From assembly GCA_965231055.1 (NCBI GenBank), contig OZ246411.1, positions 116,711-180,710 on the forward strand: 64,000 bases of DNA. Reading direction: 5' to 3'. Every line of letters starts with the position of its first letter. Position 1 is the stretch's first letter. The notes beneath the pieces were generated by a model that saw only the letters and a program-made list of their open reading frames with translations, did not search any database and was not told the DNA's origin. This document shows positions 57,501 to 64,000 of this stretch, in pieces. Origin of the DNA: an uncultured Candidatus Saccharibacteria bacterium (GTDB taxonomy: Bacteria; Patescibacteriota; CALEFQ01; G965231055). The translations under genes were made by a program, and so were the position numbers.

Positions 57501-58758
57501 TGAAAGTAACTTGTTGATTTGCTGATTGGTTTATTGCTCCAGCAGTAGTGATTGAGAAGTTTCCATTCACGGTAAAACTAGCGCCTGTTATATCAAGACC
57601 GTTTGTAGCATCCACATTTCCAGAGAAAGTTACTTGTCCAACACCCGTTTGAGTTAGAGCCGAGTTGGCCTGAGCAAATGTCCATGTTCCTAAGGTGCCA
57701 TTGAAAACAAGTGAAGATCCAGAAATAGAAAATGAATCCGAATTTACATAAGCAATAGATCCCGTACTGCCATTTACTGAATACATGTTCAATACCGAAT
57801 TGGTTGTAGATCCATCGCCTATTCTCAAAGTGTTCTGATCTACATCTACAGACAAAGCTGAGGCAAGTGTGTCGCCCCCGATAGAAACATCATTGGCTAA
57901 TACTGTTGGGTGCAAAACTGTTCCTGTTATAGTCCACTGCCCACCCGAAGCGCCAGACAAAGAAATCAAAGCATCAACTATCCCCCTATCTCCTGCAGCA
58001 AATGCGGCGTTGAATGAAGCGGTATCTGCAGTTAATGAAAATGGTATAGCGGTAGTGATTCTACTATCACTAAATGTAATTCCGTCAGAATTATTGAAAT
58101 TAATACTATTAGCTGTATTTGATGTTATAGAGATATCGGTTCCAGAAATAGAAACATTGTCTCCACCATCACCCAAAATCACCTGCCCATTTGATCTCAA
58201 AATACCATCCACTCTCAAACTTGCCTGCATCACAATATCTTCGTCTGTGATAGCTCCTCTTTCAGCAACGAAATCCAAAGTTATTTCTGATTCCAAATAC
58301 CCACCTATTTTTTCAGAATTCAAACTATATACAGTTCCACCTATTTTGGCGCGTGGGGTCATCTCACTATCTGATCCCACCTTGATTCCTAGATAATAAA
58401 CCGAGTTAGAAAAATTTAAATTTATAGGATTGGTTTCTCCCAAATTTACATTGAAAATTCCATCATGCACATATACAGATCCGTGAGTCTCAGACCATAA
58501 TGCACCTCCACCATTTTCCGAACTATAGATATTGAAAACTATTTGATAATTTCCATCACTCACATTTTCTCCTGCAGGAGTCCTCAAAAGACCCTGAAAA
58601 TTAATCATATTATCATAGGCTTCGGCAGTTCTTATGTCGCTGTTTCCGAAATATCCCAACAAAGCAAAAATCAGCGCTATAGCTGACGCCACGAGAGCAA
58701 CCATATTAAGTATTTTTTTGATTTTTATTTTGCTCATTTTACAATAAAAGAGTGCCAA
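51505..58758 (-). CDS. Giant (2417 aa) membrane-anchored Gly/Thr/Ser/Asn-rich fibre-like surface protein with a peptidase-S74-like intramolecular chaperone domain
   Basis: N-terminal TM anchor. About 2000 aa of imperfect repeats with recurring aromatic motifs (NYGIYA, GYGVY, NWAGYF). Residues ~2051-2140 (nt ~52340..52608) match the S74 domain: SDSRKKTNI...GFVAQEAQVVFPEMV...GYLAVAKDLLIPVLTLAMQ. About 280 aa follow it, including a second ...VDYSKLPVYLLEIDKA... segment. Confidence 0.8.
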   Translation of the reverse strand: MALFYCKMSKIKIKKILNMVALVASAIALIFALLGYFGNSDIRTAEAYDNMINFQGLLRTPAGENVSDGNYQIVFNIYSSENGGGALWSETHGSVYVHDGIFNVNLGETNPINLNFSNSVYYLGIKVGSDSEMTPRAKIGGTVYSLNSEKIGGYLESEITLDFVAERGAITDEDIVMQASLRVDGILRSNGQVILGDGGDNVSISGTDISITSNTANSINFNNSDGITFSDSRITTAIPFSLTADTASFNAAFAAGDRGIVDALISLSGASGGQWTITGTVLHPTVLANDVSIGGDTLASALSVDVDQNTLRIGDGSTTNSVLNMYSVNGSTGSIAYVNSDSFSISGSSLVFNGTLGTWTFAQANSALTQTGVGQVTFSGNVDATNGLDITGASFTVNGNFSITTAGAINQSANQQVTFTGNLDANNGIDITGANLTMGGNSITGIGTNLTANGALTVGTGGQLTLGDGGDAIYINSSDWDISTTGDIAGIGNITADGNINFASAQILGGSPFVFEGTTDNNVFSTFVITDPTGAGNTITFQDASGTVAYLTDIPAGAGLWTDANPGDDYIYPTPAYSDNVAISSGLLSIGTTPIAGYSLNILNSYEDGYGINIAMDSALGTINGINILVNGASDNNYGIYSEVANATNNYSGVFMGGNFGIGTDVPSYRFQLDDLTVPSGQAIGAEILFNTDTIINDSYNAGLRVLNTSRYSARDNIAIRGEATGLGSMEERHIGIYGFADESSDSNIGVYGIARGSVVNGGWAIGIYGEAQDADNVWAGWFEGDVKVTGMVDAGDLMSNGDIYCNYDGGAGGGSENCYLYFSNEANPTDKYLSWNNAEDRFDINDSFYITGEAYVSTVLGVGIDVDTTRGINVLNGEDNGYGIYITKTGAGNTYGAYATNDRADNGYGFYGEVSTASANGYGIYGIVTTAGADGYGVYGESADATDANYGGRFVASGAATENFGLYVTAEGGVTTNQAIHGEATLSQEDGESGYYFLTTSSNLGVATQYGASFSFISSVADSGNSQTRTLNVYNSTTVGDDATARVDGIYVSPNVTLGAHTDTSVYGGTFSVNTGASNNYGIASYARGGVSNIAGEFLIVAGGSGNDYGVKSSITDGAGGTNYGGYFYVGSGTATSGYGVYARSVAEGAAVNYGIYATADSGLVNWAGYFASGNVNISGDLYMQEVATIYKDRDADFRYVGINVAHNSTYPLYVSGDAYVANGGLGVGVAEVNDGYIQANSRLGVAMSPSYPLDITGAARISTNLAVNGVNPNSSYGVYAYSSSSTGRALLGWANSATGTNYGGYFQANGTGTATHYGIYSTASGGATNWAGYFDSGNVYVANDLGVGTSPSYKLHVVDSTDVLRDASIFLQQTNTANAGVGEDWTTAMRIVMTSTGSANSLGFASEVYRSGASTVSEWSHGLQGYVDPKSDDLYVAGVDGRIQDASTGYNAGVQGRVNTNEAHRIEVKSIGVSGQNVVKSNISDSEDNYILAVEGLVSIEEDSIIDMGTGPGTFSLMGGYFAVDAWDTAVIRDTTLVGMYGAVYSPSDSAVYQDLNTVAVYADAIATNVTGTLGRTNYGLYAKSLGARSNYGAYIETQNGTGTDYGAYINSAFADVDYGIYITGGTTPLAVVAGTQLASSKAVNVTATGPAGSSSDGIYMGYTAGAMNGSDTQRGLAVSITNAVHSGASNNLYGVDIQIASAHANATETALNIGGTADYGVYIGGTYGNYGLDVNGGNVYLENITYLGTTSVYFDTDGTLNLGGTTYRVTNAGDGDFRYVGIGIDPNASYPLYSGGNAYLTATTYMGDTGNYFDTNGNLIFPASDYIQFDTSSTRISANSDASEDLLITAADDVYFNPTGNVGIGTSDPGRKLDVYHDTNAAAGIVVGNQNAGALAAADVGLSGQSTWLEIGAASQAMAGLYADAGYIYGENTNSGGFLLDQQGAYPISFLTNGTRRMVVEGDGQVLIAPSGSGTAGYPLDVQTDSASGYVANFFNDGNNANRYGIRIQAGADDGTGTTYYINAYDGDGTNVGYIQNNGGTFSLADASDSRKKTNIADADIDALGIINALTVRQYNRKQDPDGPTIYGFVAQEAQVVFPEMVSEGNDGYLAVAKDLLIPVLTLAMQDQQVMIDKNGQLISNIDNRMDDSEGDIVSINSALAKNKTQHTSFSNDISDLINRISGIENSLAVYSGIGELSGDFSDDWNKIFSLDPKLFENNSGRKSIGYLVGQLESLGLTNLISYNSNGDAVAVDYSKLPVYLLEIDKAQTTSLGDMISRIENVESKLGIDQNANAIDGDFSVSGMITTGSIVGASNKWSIDENGNLFVKSISTEELKIYEKPNGSAGSGIVKKGSDEFAVENLSVIDTTKVVVTFENDYAPATRYWIEKDSPNGFIIKFDTAVGDDVGFNYFLIQ

Positions 58759-58895
58759 ATTTGTTTTGGTTTCAATGCCCTATTATTAGGGCAAAAATCG
58801 ATATTTACTTAATTAAAATTATATCACAATTCTGACAGTTTAACAAGTGTGGAAAAGTCACAAAAATTACGCGCTCAACATAGGCAAAAACACTC

Positions 58896-58925
58896 AAAAA
58901 GAGCGCCAAAGGCGCTCTTTTTTAA
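58896..58925. terminator. Bidirectional intrinsic terminator
   Basis: agagcgcc-aaa-ggcgctct + T-run. Confidence 0.6.
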
Positions 58926-58943
58926 TATAGTGATTTAAAATGC

Positions 58944-61484
58944 TTATTCAGGAGAAACAGCGTCTTCAGAAATCGTGTTAGTTTTTGCACTCGCACCCGA
59001 TCTCAATTCACTGAGCTTGGTTTTTATTTGTTCGTTGTCGGGAGAGAGCTGCAAAAGTTTTTCGTATTGCTCCACTGCCTTGCTCTTTTCTCCTTTAGAC
59101 TCATAAATCACTCCCAAGCTATATATTGCGTTTTGATATTTCTCGTCTTTTTCCAAAACTTTGAGAAATATTTTCTCAGCATCTGTTTTGTCGCCTTTAT
59201 TATATTTTATTCTTCCCTCTTCATAGAGCACGTTTACATTTTCAGGAAGAACTAATCTAGCTTTTTCAATACTAGATACAGCATCATCGAATTTCTTCAA
59301 TCTATCTTGGACTTGGGCAACGCTAACTAGAGCATCAACATAATTCGATTTAAGTTCTATAGATTTTTTAGCCATATCTTCTGCTTTCGTATTGTATCCA
59401 TCTAGCTGCTCTTGAAATTCATCTGATATAGTAAATTGCTGATCCTTGTTTTGCAATTCAAATTGTTGTTTTGCCAAAGTGTAAACTCTATCACCTTGCT
59501 TAACATATTGTTTCGCAAGTTCGAGATACAAAGTTGGACTCTTGGGATCAAGTTCTATGGCAGAAAGAAAAGCTTCGATACTCCACGAGTCAGCACCATT
59601 TACATAAGCACCTATTTCTCCATAAATTCTTCCCAAATTTTCATGAACGGAAACATCCTTGCCTCCCCCATTATCAATTGGATATCTAGCTGATTTTATA
59701 GAAGCATCAATATATGAAGAAACTTTGTTTGCATCTAGATCTTCTTTGGAAGCCTCAAGAATAACGAAATTTGTTAACACCTTTGAATGCTCAATAGCAT
59801 AGACATATCTAAGAGAGTTATAGCTAAGTGCTTTTGCGAGAGCCTCGCCTTTTTCAGTAAGCTCTTTTTCGTTTTGCGGAACATTGATAGTTTTGGCATA
59901 CAAAACTTCAGCAGCATATATTCTTCCGACAAAATAAAATCCAGCCACTGCAGCAACCAACACTATAAGAAATGCAAATGCTGTTATGAGTCTTGCTCTT
60001 TCTGATGATTGTAAGTTCAATGATGTCACCCTATCTCCCACTATTTCTCCCCTGACAGATATGAGAGTCAAAGCCATCAGCATCCACATAATAGCGTAGG
60101 TAGTTGTATTGAACGAGTAAAGAAAAGTAGCCAAGAAAACCGCAGACCAAGCAGAAAACAAAGAGACTGGGATAACCCAAGAGCTACCATCTTTCATTCT
60201 TACTATCCCCTTTATAACAGTCCAAACAAAAGCAAACACAACAAAGAAGAAACACAAAGTACCCACAACCCCCATAGTAGCTAGGCTGTGTAGAAACTCC
60301 GTTCCCGCCTTATCAAATCTAAGGCTCCAGATAGCTGACTTGTTGAAATCATCTGTTTTGTATTTGGCGAAATCGTAAGAAAAAGTTTCTGGTCCGCTAC
60401 CAAATATTGGTCTGTCTTTTAGTACTCCTTTTACGATATCAACTGACACTGGTTTTCCAAGTGAAATTTCAGAAGGAGTTTTGAGGTTAAACATTTCTCC
60501 ACCCGGAACAAATATAAATAGGACTGCGAGAGCCAAAAATACAGGCACTGCCCATACTATTTTGTTTTTCAGGCTCTCTACTCTTACCACGCTAAATGCG
60601 AAAAGTATCACAAGAGAAACAACGCTCACGAGCCAGCCAGATCTCACATCAAAAAGAAACATAGCGACGAAACTCAAGATAGCTCCAGCAAGGAAAATGA
60701 ATTTTTCATATTTGAGTTTTGAGACAATAGCTCCTCCCAAATTTATAGACAAAGCTGTTGCCAGGAATATTGAGAGTAGGACTATAGAATTTCCAGTCAA
60801 AGTGAATAGCGCGCTTTTTGCTTCTTCCCATGGAATGAGATAGAAACCAAACGCATTGAATATATTTACAATAGCTATAACGATAGACACTATTGAAAAT
60901 ACCTTCATCGCTTTTTTTACAAAAACCTGAGATCCGAGAAGCTGAAGTGAAACCATAACAATAATAGCTAGTGAAAGCATTCCGATAAAACTTCCGTTGA
61001 ACAATCCCTCTACTCCGAAAAAGCTATTTACTTTGTTTACAGAAAACAAAGAGGCTACAAGCATCACAACCACAAAAACGCATATCGTAATAGTAAAGAA
61101 AGACCATCTACTTCTAAGCTCTTTTTTGATCATTGCCCTAGCTAACCAAGCTACAAAAACTACGAGAGCCAATATACAAAGTAAAAATTGCTTGTTCCAC
61201 TCAAAAATATTTGAGCCCCATGGCAGGAAGAATATTGGGATGCCCGCAAAAGCCACAATCACACAAACCTCTATAAGACGGTACAACCAGTCTGTTCCCT
61301 CTGAGGTTTTCTCGCTCACAACCTGATCTGGTTTTTTGATTTCTTTTGGAGCTTGAGGAACTTGAGCTTTGGGAGTGGTGTTTTTGTCTCCAAACCCCCA
61401 GAAACCTGACTTTTTCTTCTTAATTTTTCTTTTTATTTCTATATTAGTTCCTTCTTGACGAAACATGTCTACCTTTTTAGCCAT
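58944..61484 (-). CDS. O-antigen ligase/polymerase-like (Wzy_C) polytopic membrane protein with C-terminal TPR repeats
   Basis: More than 10 TM helices in the N-terminal 500 aa. C-terminal TPR-like repeats (AIELDPKSPTLYLELAKQYVKQGD..., YSLGVIYESKGEKSKAVEQYEKLLQLSPDNE). Confidence 0.6.
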   Translation of the reverse strand: MAKKVDMFRQEGTNIEIKRKIKKKKSGFWGFGDKNTTPKAQVPQAPKEIKKPDQVVSEKTSEGTDWLYRLIEVCVIVAFAGIPIFFLPWGSNIFEWNKQFLLCILALVVFVAWLARAMIKKELRSRWSFFTITICVFVVVMLVASLFSVNKVNSFFGVEGLFNGSFIGMLSLAIIVMVSLQLLGSQVFVKKAMKVFSIVSIVIAIVNIFNAFGFYLIPWEEAKSALFTLTGNSIVLLSIFLATALSINLGGAIVSKLKYEKFIFLAGAILSFVAMFLFDVRSGWLVSVVSLVILFAFSVVRVESLKNKIVWAVPVFLALAVLFIFVPGGEMFNLKTPSEISLGKPVSVDIVKGVLKDRPIFGSGPETFSYDFAKYKTDDFNKSAIWSLRFDKAGTEFLHSLATMGVVGTLCFFFVVFAFVWTVIKGIVRMKDGSSWVIPVSLFSAWSAVFLATFLYSFNTTTYAIMWMLMALTLISVRGEIVGDRVTSLNLQSSERARLITAFAFLIVLVAAVAGFYFVGRIYAAEVLYAKTINVPQNEKELTEKGEALAKALSYNSLRYVYAIEHSKVLTNFVILEASKEDLDANKVSSYIDASIKSARYPIDNGGGKDVSVHENLGRIYGEIGAYVNGADSWSIEAFLSAIELDPKSPTLYLELAKQYVKQGDRVYTLAKQQFELQNKDQQFTISDEFQEQLDGYNTKAEDMAKKSIELKSNYVDALVSVAQVQDRLKKFDDAVSSIEKARLVLPENVNVLYEEGRIKYNKGDKTDAEKIFLKVLEKDEKYQNAIYSLGVIYESKGEKSKAVEQYEKLLQLSPDNEQIKTKLSELRSGASAKTNTISEDAVSPE

Positions 61485-61608
61485 TTTTGTTTGAATTTAA
61501 TAATTGAAAATCCTAATTATTATACAAGAATTATGATATTTTGTACAAGGTTGTAATTTGTGCAAATAATTGAGTTCTAATCTTTTTAAAATAATGACAA
61601 TGCTAATT

Positions 61609-62562
61609 TTATGAGCAAAGATCTATAACCAAAGTGCTTAACATGGTCCTAGCGTCACCCTTGGCACCAGATTTGAGATCAATATCAACTTCGAGTAGCT
61701 TTAGATAAATTTTTCTAAGTCCTATGGAGGTAAATCTTCTCACCTGAGACAGAGTCTTTCTTAAAACAAACGGATGCATTTTTGCAGTAGAGCCCATGGA
61801 TTTCATCGGTATCCCCTCTTCATCCATAAGTTTAACAAAAACTAAATTTCTAAATTGATATACGATCATCGCGAGAAGATAATTTGCATCTACTCCATTT
61901 TCTATCTGCTCATCCAAATATTTCAAAGCGAGTTTGGGATTTTTTGATCCTATTGCGTCCACCAAATTGAATATATTGTCATCAAACTTTTTTGAAACCA
62001 TATTTTTCACATCGTCCTCCGTGATAACTTCTTTATTTTTATACGCCACGAGCTTTGAGACTTCATTGATTATCTGCCAGAGATCATTTCCACAATTCAC
62101 GAGTAGCATATTTATAGCCCCACTAGTTATTTTGCCTCCAATTCTAGCTACCTCAGATTTTATCCAGTTTAGAAGCTTGCTTCCCTCCAGAGGACTAAAC
62201 TCCTCTGCGTATTTTGTTTTGCTCAAGGTGCGATAAAGCACAGTTCTTTTATCTGCTTTTCCTCTTTCATAAAAAACAACAATCGTTGTGTCTGGAATTT
62301 TATTGTCTGAAAGGATTTTTTCTACTTGCTCTTTTACATCCTTTTTACCATTTGAGAGAAGGTTTTTTATAACCACCATTCTTTTTTCAGCCAAAAAAGG
62401 TATGGATTGAATTGATTGCGAAAGAGTCGACATTTCATTTTCACCTATTTCGAATTCAGCAAAATTACTAGATGCATTTTTGCCTGTCAAAAAACGCTCC
62501 TTTATTTTTTGGAGTTTATGGAGTGATCTGTAACTGTCTTCACCATAAATAAATAGAATCAC
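61609..62562 (-). CDS. holA: DNA polymerase III subunit delta
   Basis: 317 aa. An N-terminal MILFIYGED... start and clamp-loader delta-like domain organisation. Located beside polA. Confidence 0.65.
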   Translation of the reverse strand: MILFIYGEDSYRSLHKLQKIKERFLTGKNASSNFAEFEIGENEMSTLSQSIQSIPFLAEKRMVVIKNLLSNGKKDVKEQVEKILSDNKIPDTTIVVFYERGKADKRTVLYRTLSKTKYAEEFSPLEGSKLLNWIKSEVARIGGKITSGAINMLLVNCGNDLWQIINEVSKLVAYKNKEVITEDDVKNMVSKKFDDNIFNLVDAIGSKNPKLALKYLDEQIENGVDANYLLAMIVYQFRNLVFVKLMDEEGIPMKSMGSTAKMHPFVLRKTLSQVRRFTSIGLRKIYLKLLEVDIDLKSGAKGDARTMLSTLVIDLCS

Positions 62563-62630
62563 GGCAAGATATTAAACGGTTTAAATCTATTATAAAGTAA
62601 AAATATTTTACGGGTTTTTGTTTTTTGACC

Positions 62631-64000
62631 TTAGATACTAAGTTCTTCCAATTCCTCCCAATTATCCCCTATCTCTGCATCTACATTGATCGGAACATTT
62701 ATTTTGACAACTTCTTCCATTATTTTCTTTACTTCTTTCGCAAATTCTTTCACTCTATTTTCTCTGACTTCAAAAACCAATTCATCGTGAACCTGCAAAA
62801 TCATTTTAGCATGCTTGGCCCACTTTTCTTGAACCAGCTTTTGCACATCCACCATGGCATATTTGATTATATCCGCTGAAGTCCCCTGAATTGGCATATT
62901 TATAGCCATTCTTTCTGCGCCAGATCTAACTATGAAATTTGACGCATTTATTTCTGGTAGATATCTTCTACGACCAAACATAGTTTCCACATATTCATTT
63001 TTCTTAGCAAAATCGAGCACCTTTTCTACATAATCTTTGACTCTCGCATATTTTTTGAAATAGGTTTCTATGTAGTGCTTGGCTTTTTCTCTACTTATAG
63101 AAAGCGACTCGGATAAACCAAATGGACTCATCCCGTAAAGCACTCCAAAATTTACAGTCTTGGCCACTCTCCTCATTCCAGGAATAACCTGAGAAACCTT
63201 TACTCCAAAAATCTTGGCTGCTGTTTCTGAGTGTATGTCTTTTGTTCTTTTGAAAGCATCTATGAGTCCTGGGTCTTCACTGTAGTGAGCCATCACCCTC
63301 AAATCTATCTGAGAATAATCCAAAGATAAAAGCTTGAACCCCTTATTTGCCACAAAAGCTCTTCTGAGTTTTTTGCCCTCTGGTGTTCGGATTGGTATGT
63401 TTTGTAAATTGGGATCAGACGAAGAGAGTCTACCTGTAGCTGTAACTGTTTGGTTGAATGTGGTGTGCAATCTCTTGGTTTTTTTGTTTACCAATAGAGG
63501 TAGCGCATCTATATAAGTATTTTTAAGCTTGTTTAGCTCCCTGTATCTCAAAACATATTCTACTATTTGATGCTTTCCCCTCAATTTTTCAAGCTCCCCC
63601 GCTGCAGTGGAGATTCCTGTTTTGGTTGTTTTGAGATTTGATGTAGAAAGCTTTAGTTTTTTGAAAAGTATTTCTTTAAGTTGCTGAGTAGAATTGATAT
63701 TGAATTCTTTTCCTCCTTGAAAATAGATTTTCTTTTCCAGCTCCTTGATTTCTTTCTCTACTACTTTGCCGAAATCCGAAATAAAAACAGTATCGAGAGC
63801 CACACCAGCTTTTTCCATTTCTACAAGAGATCTAACAAGGGGAAGCTCCAGTTTGTTTAGCACAAATTCTAGATCATATCTGGTTTTACCAAACTTACTC
63901 TGTTTTTGTTCTTTGGAAATTTTCTCTATTTGACCCGAGAGAACTGAATAAAGTCTCATCGTAAAATCAGAATCCTCACAGCAATAAAAAGTTGCTCTTT
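62631..64000 (-). CDS. polA: DNA polymerase I, C-terminal polymerase domain. The 5' part of the gene runs past the window edge.
   Basis: Family A motifs: DYSQIDLRVMAH (motif A), KTVNFGVLYG (motif B), QVHDELVFEV (motif C). The frame stays open upstream of the listed Met through nt 64000, so the listed Met is internal. Confidence 0.9.
   Translation of the reverse strand, partial: RATFYCCEDSDFTMRLYSVLSGQIEKISKEQKQSKFGKTRYDLEFVLNKLELPLVRSLVEMEKAGVALDTVFISDFGKVVEKEIKELEKKIYFQGGKEFNINSTQQLKEILFKKLKLSTSNLKTTKTGISTAAGELEKLRGKHQIVEYVLRYRELNKLKNTYIDALPLLVNKKTKRLHTTFNQTVTATGRLSSSDPNLQNIPIRTPEGKKLRRAFVANKGFKLLSLDYSQIDLRVMAHYSEDPGLIDAFKRTKDIHSETAAKIFGVKVSQVIPGMRRVAKTVNFGVLYGMSPFGLSESLSISREKAKHYIETYFKKYARVKDYVEKVLDFAKKNEYVETMFGRRRYLPEINASNFIVRSGAERMAINMPIQGTSADIIKYAMVDVQKLVQEKWAKHAKMILQVHDELVFEVRENRVKEFAKEVKKIMEEVVKINVPINVDAEIGDNWEELEELSI

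Noticed and set aside
51650-58396. ORFs antisense or out-of-frame within the giant protein gene (e.g. 57869..58396 +, 53637..54044 +, 54729..55196 -)
   Set aside because: They arise from the low-complexity, stop-poor repeat sequence. There are no start or RBS signals.
1-64000. Search for CRISPR arrays, tRNA genes and genuine rRNA genes
   Set aside because: No regularly spaced direct repeats were seen. No cloverleaf with a GTTCRANYC T-loop was recognised in intergenic regions, although I could not scan exhaustively. The rRNA similarity at 7239..7320 covers only two short motifs, not a gene.

Overview
This is a dense, AT-rich window with small intergenic spacers, a giant surface protein, many glycosyltransferase and membrane proteins, and a reduced metabolism. 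That profile resembles a CPR/Patescibacteria-like genome, though the assignment is inference.

I support about 50 protein-coding genes.

**Core machinery:**
- Translation and information processing: RNase J, TrpRS, YchF, an S6–SSB–S18 operon, EF-P, RecA, S20, TsaB, TruB.
- DNA replication and repair: FtsK, RuvA, UvrB, HolA, and a 5'-truncated PolA at the window edge.
- Transcription: RpoB–RpoC.
- Envelope: MurE, FemAB, GT2, GT39 and GT-C glycosyltransferases, an O-antigen ligase–TPR protein, an M23 peptidase and a CAP-domain protein.

**Accessory content:**
- A three-gene salvage cluster of nucleoside phosphorylase, MtnA-like isomerase and class II aldolase. Together these resemble a DHAP-shunt or methionine-salvage module.
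- A radical-SAM/SPASM enzyme next to a SAM-methyltransferase-like gene. The methyltransferase gene is bounded by ~44-bp direct repeats that duplicate the dut start.
- A SemiSWEET transporter.
- A transglutaminase-like/SET-domain/GT-C operon.
- A 2417-aa Gly/Thr-rich fibre-like protein carrying a peptidase-S74-like intramolecular chaperone domain.
- A 23S-IVS-type four-helix-bundle gene flanked by short inverted repeats.

**Non-coding signals:**
- The strongest is a ~300-nt GC-rich structured RNA locus between rpoC and ftsK (minus strand). It has a textbook TTGACA-16-TATAAT promoter and an elaborate intrinsic terminator.
- A ~175-nt hairpin-rich element downstream of the cupin gene contains perfect reverse complements of universal 16S (~1390–1410) and 23S (~190–210) motifs.
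- Two families of short intergenic repeats recur at gene boundaries.

I recognised no rRNA or tRNA genes and no CRISPR array.
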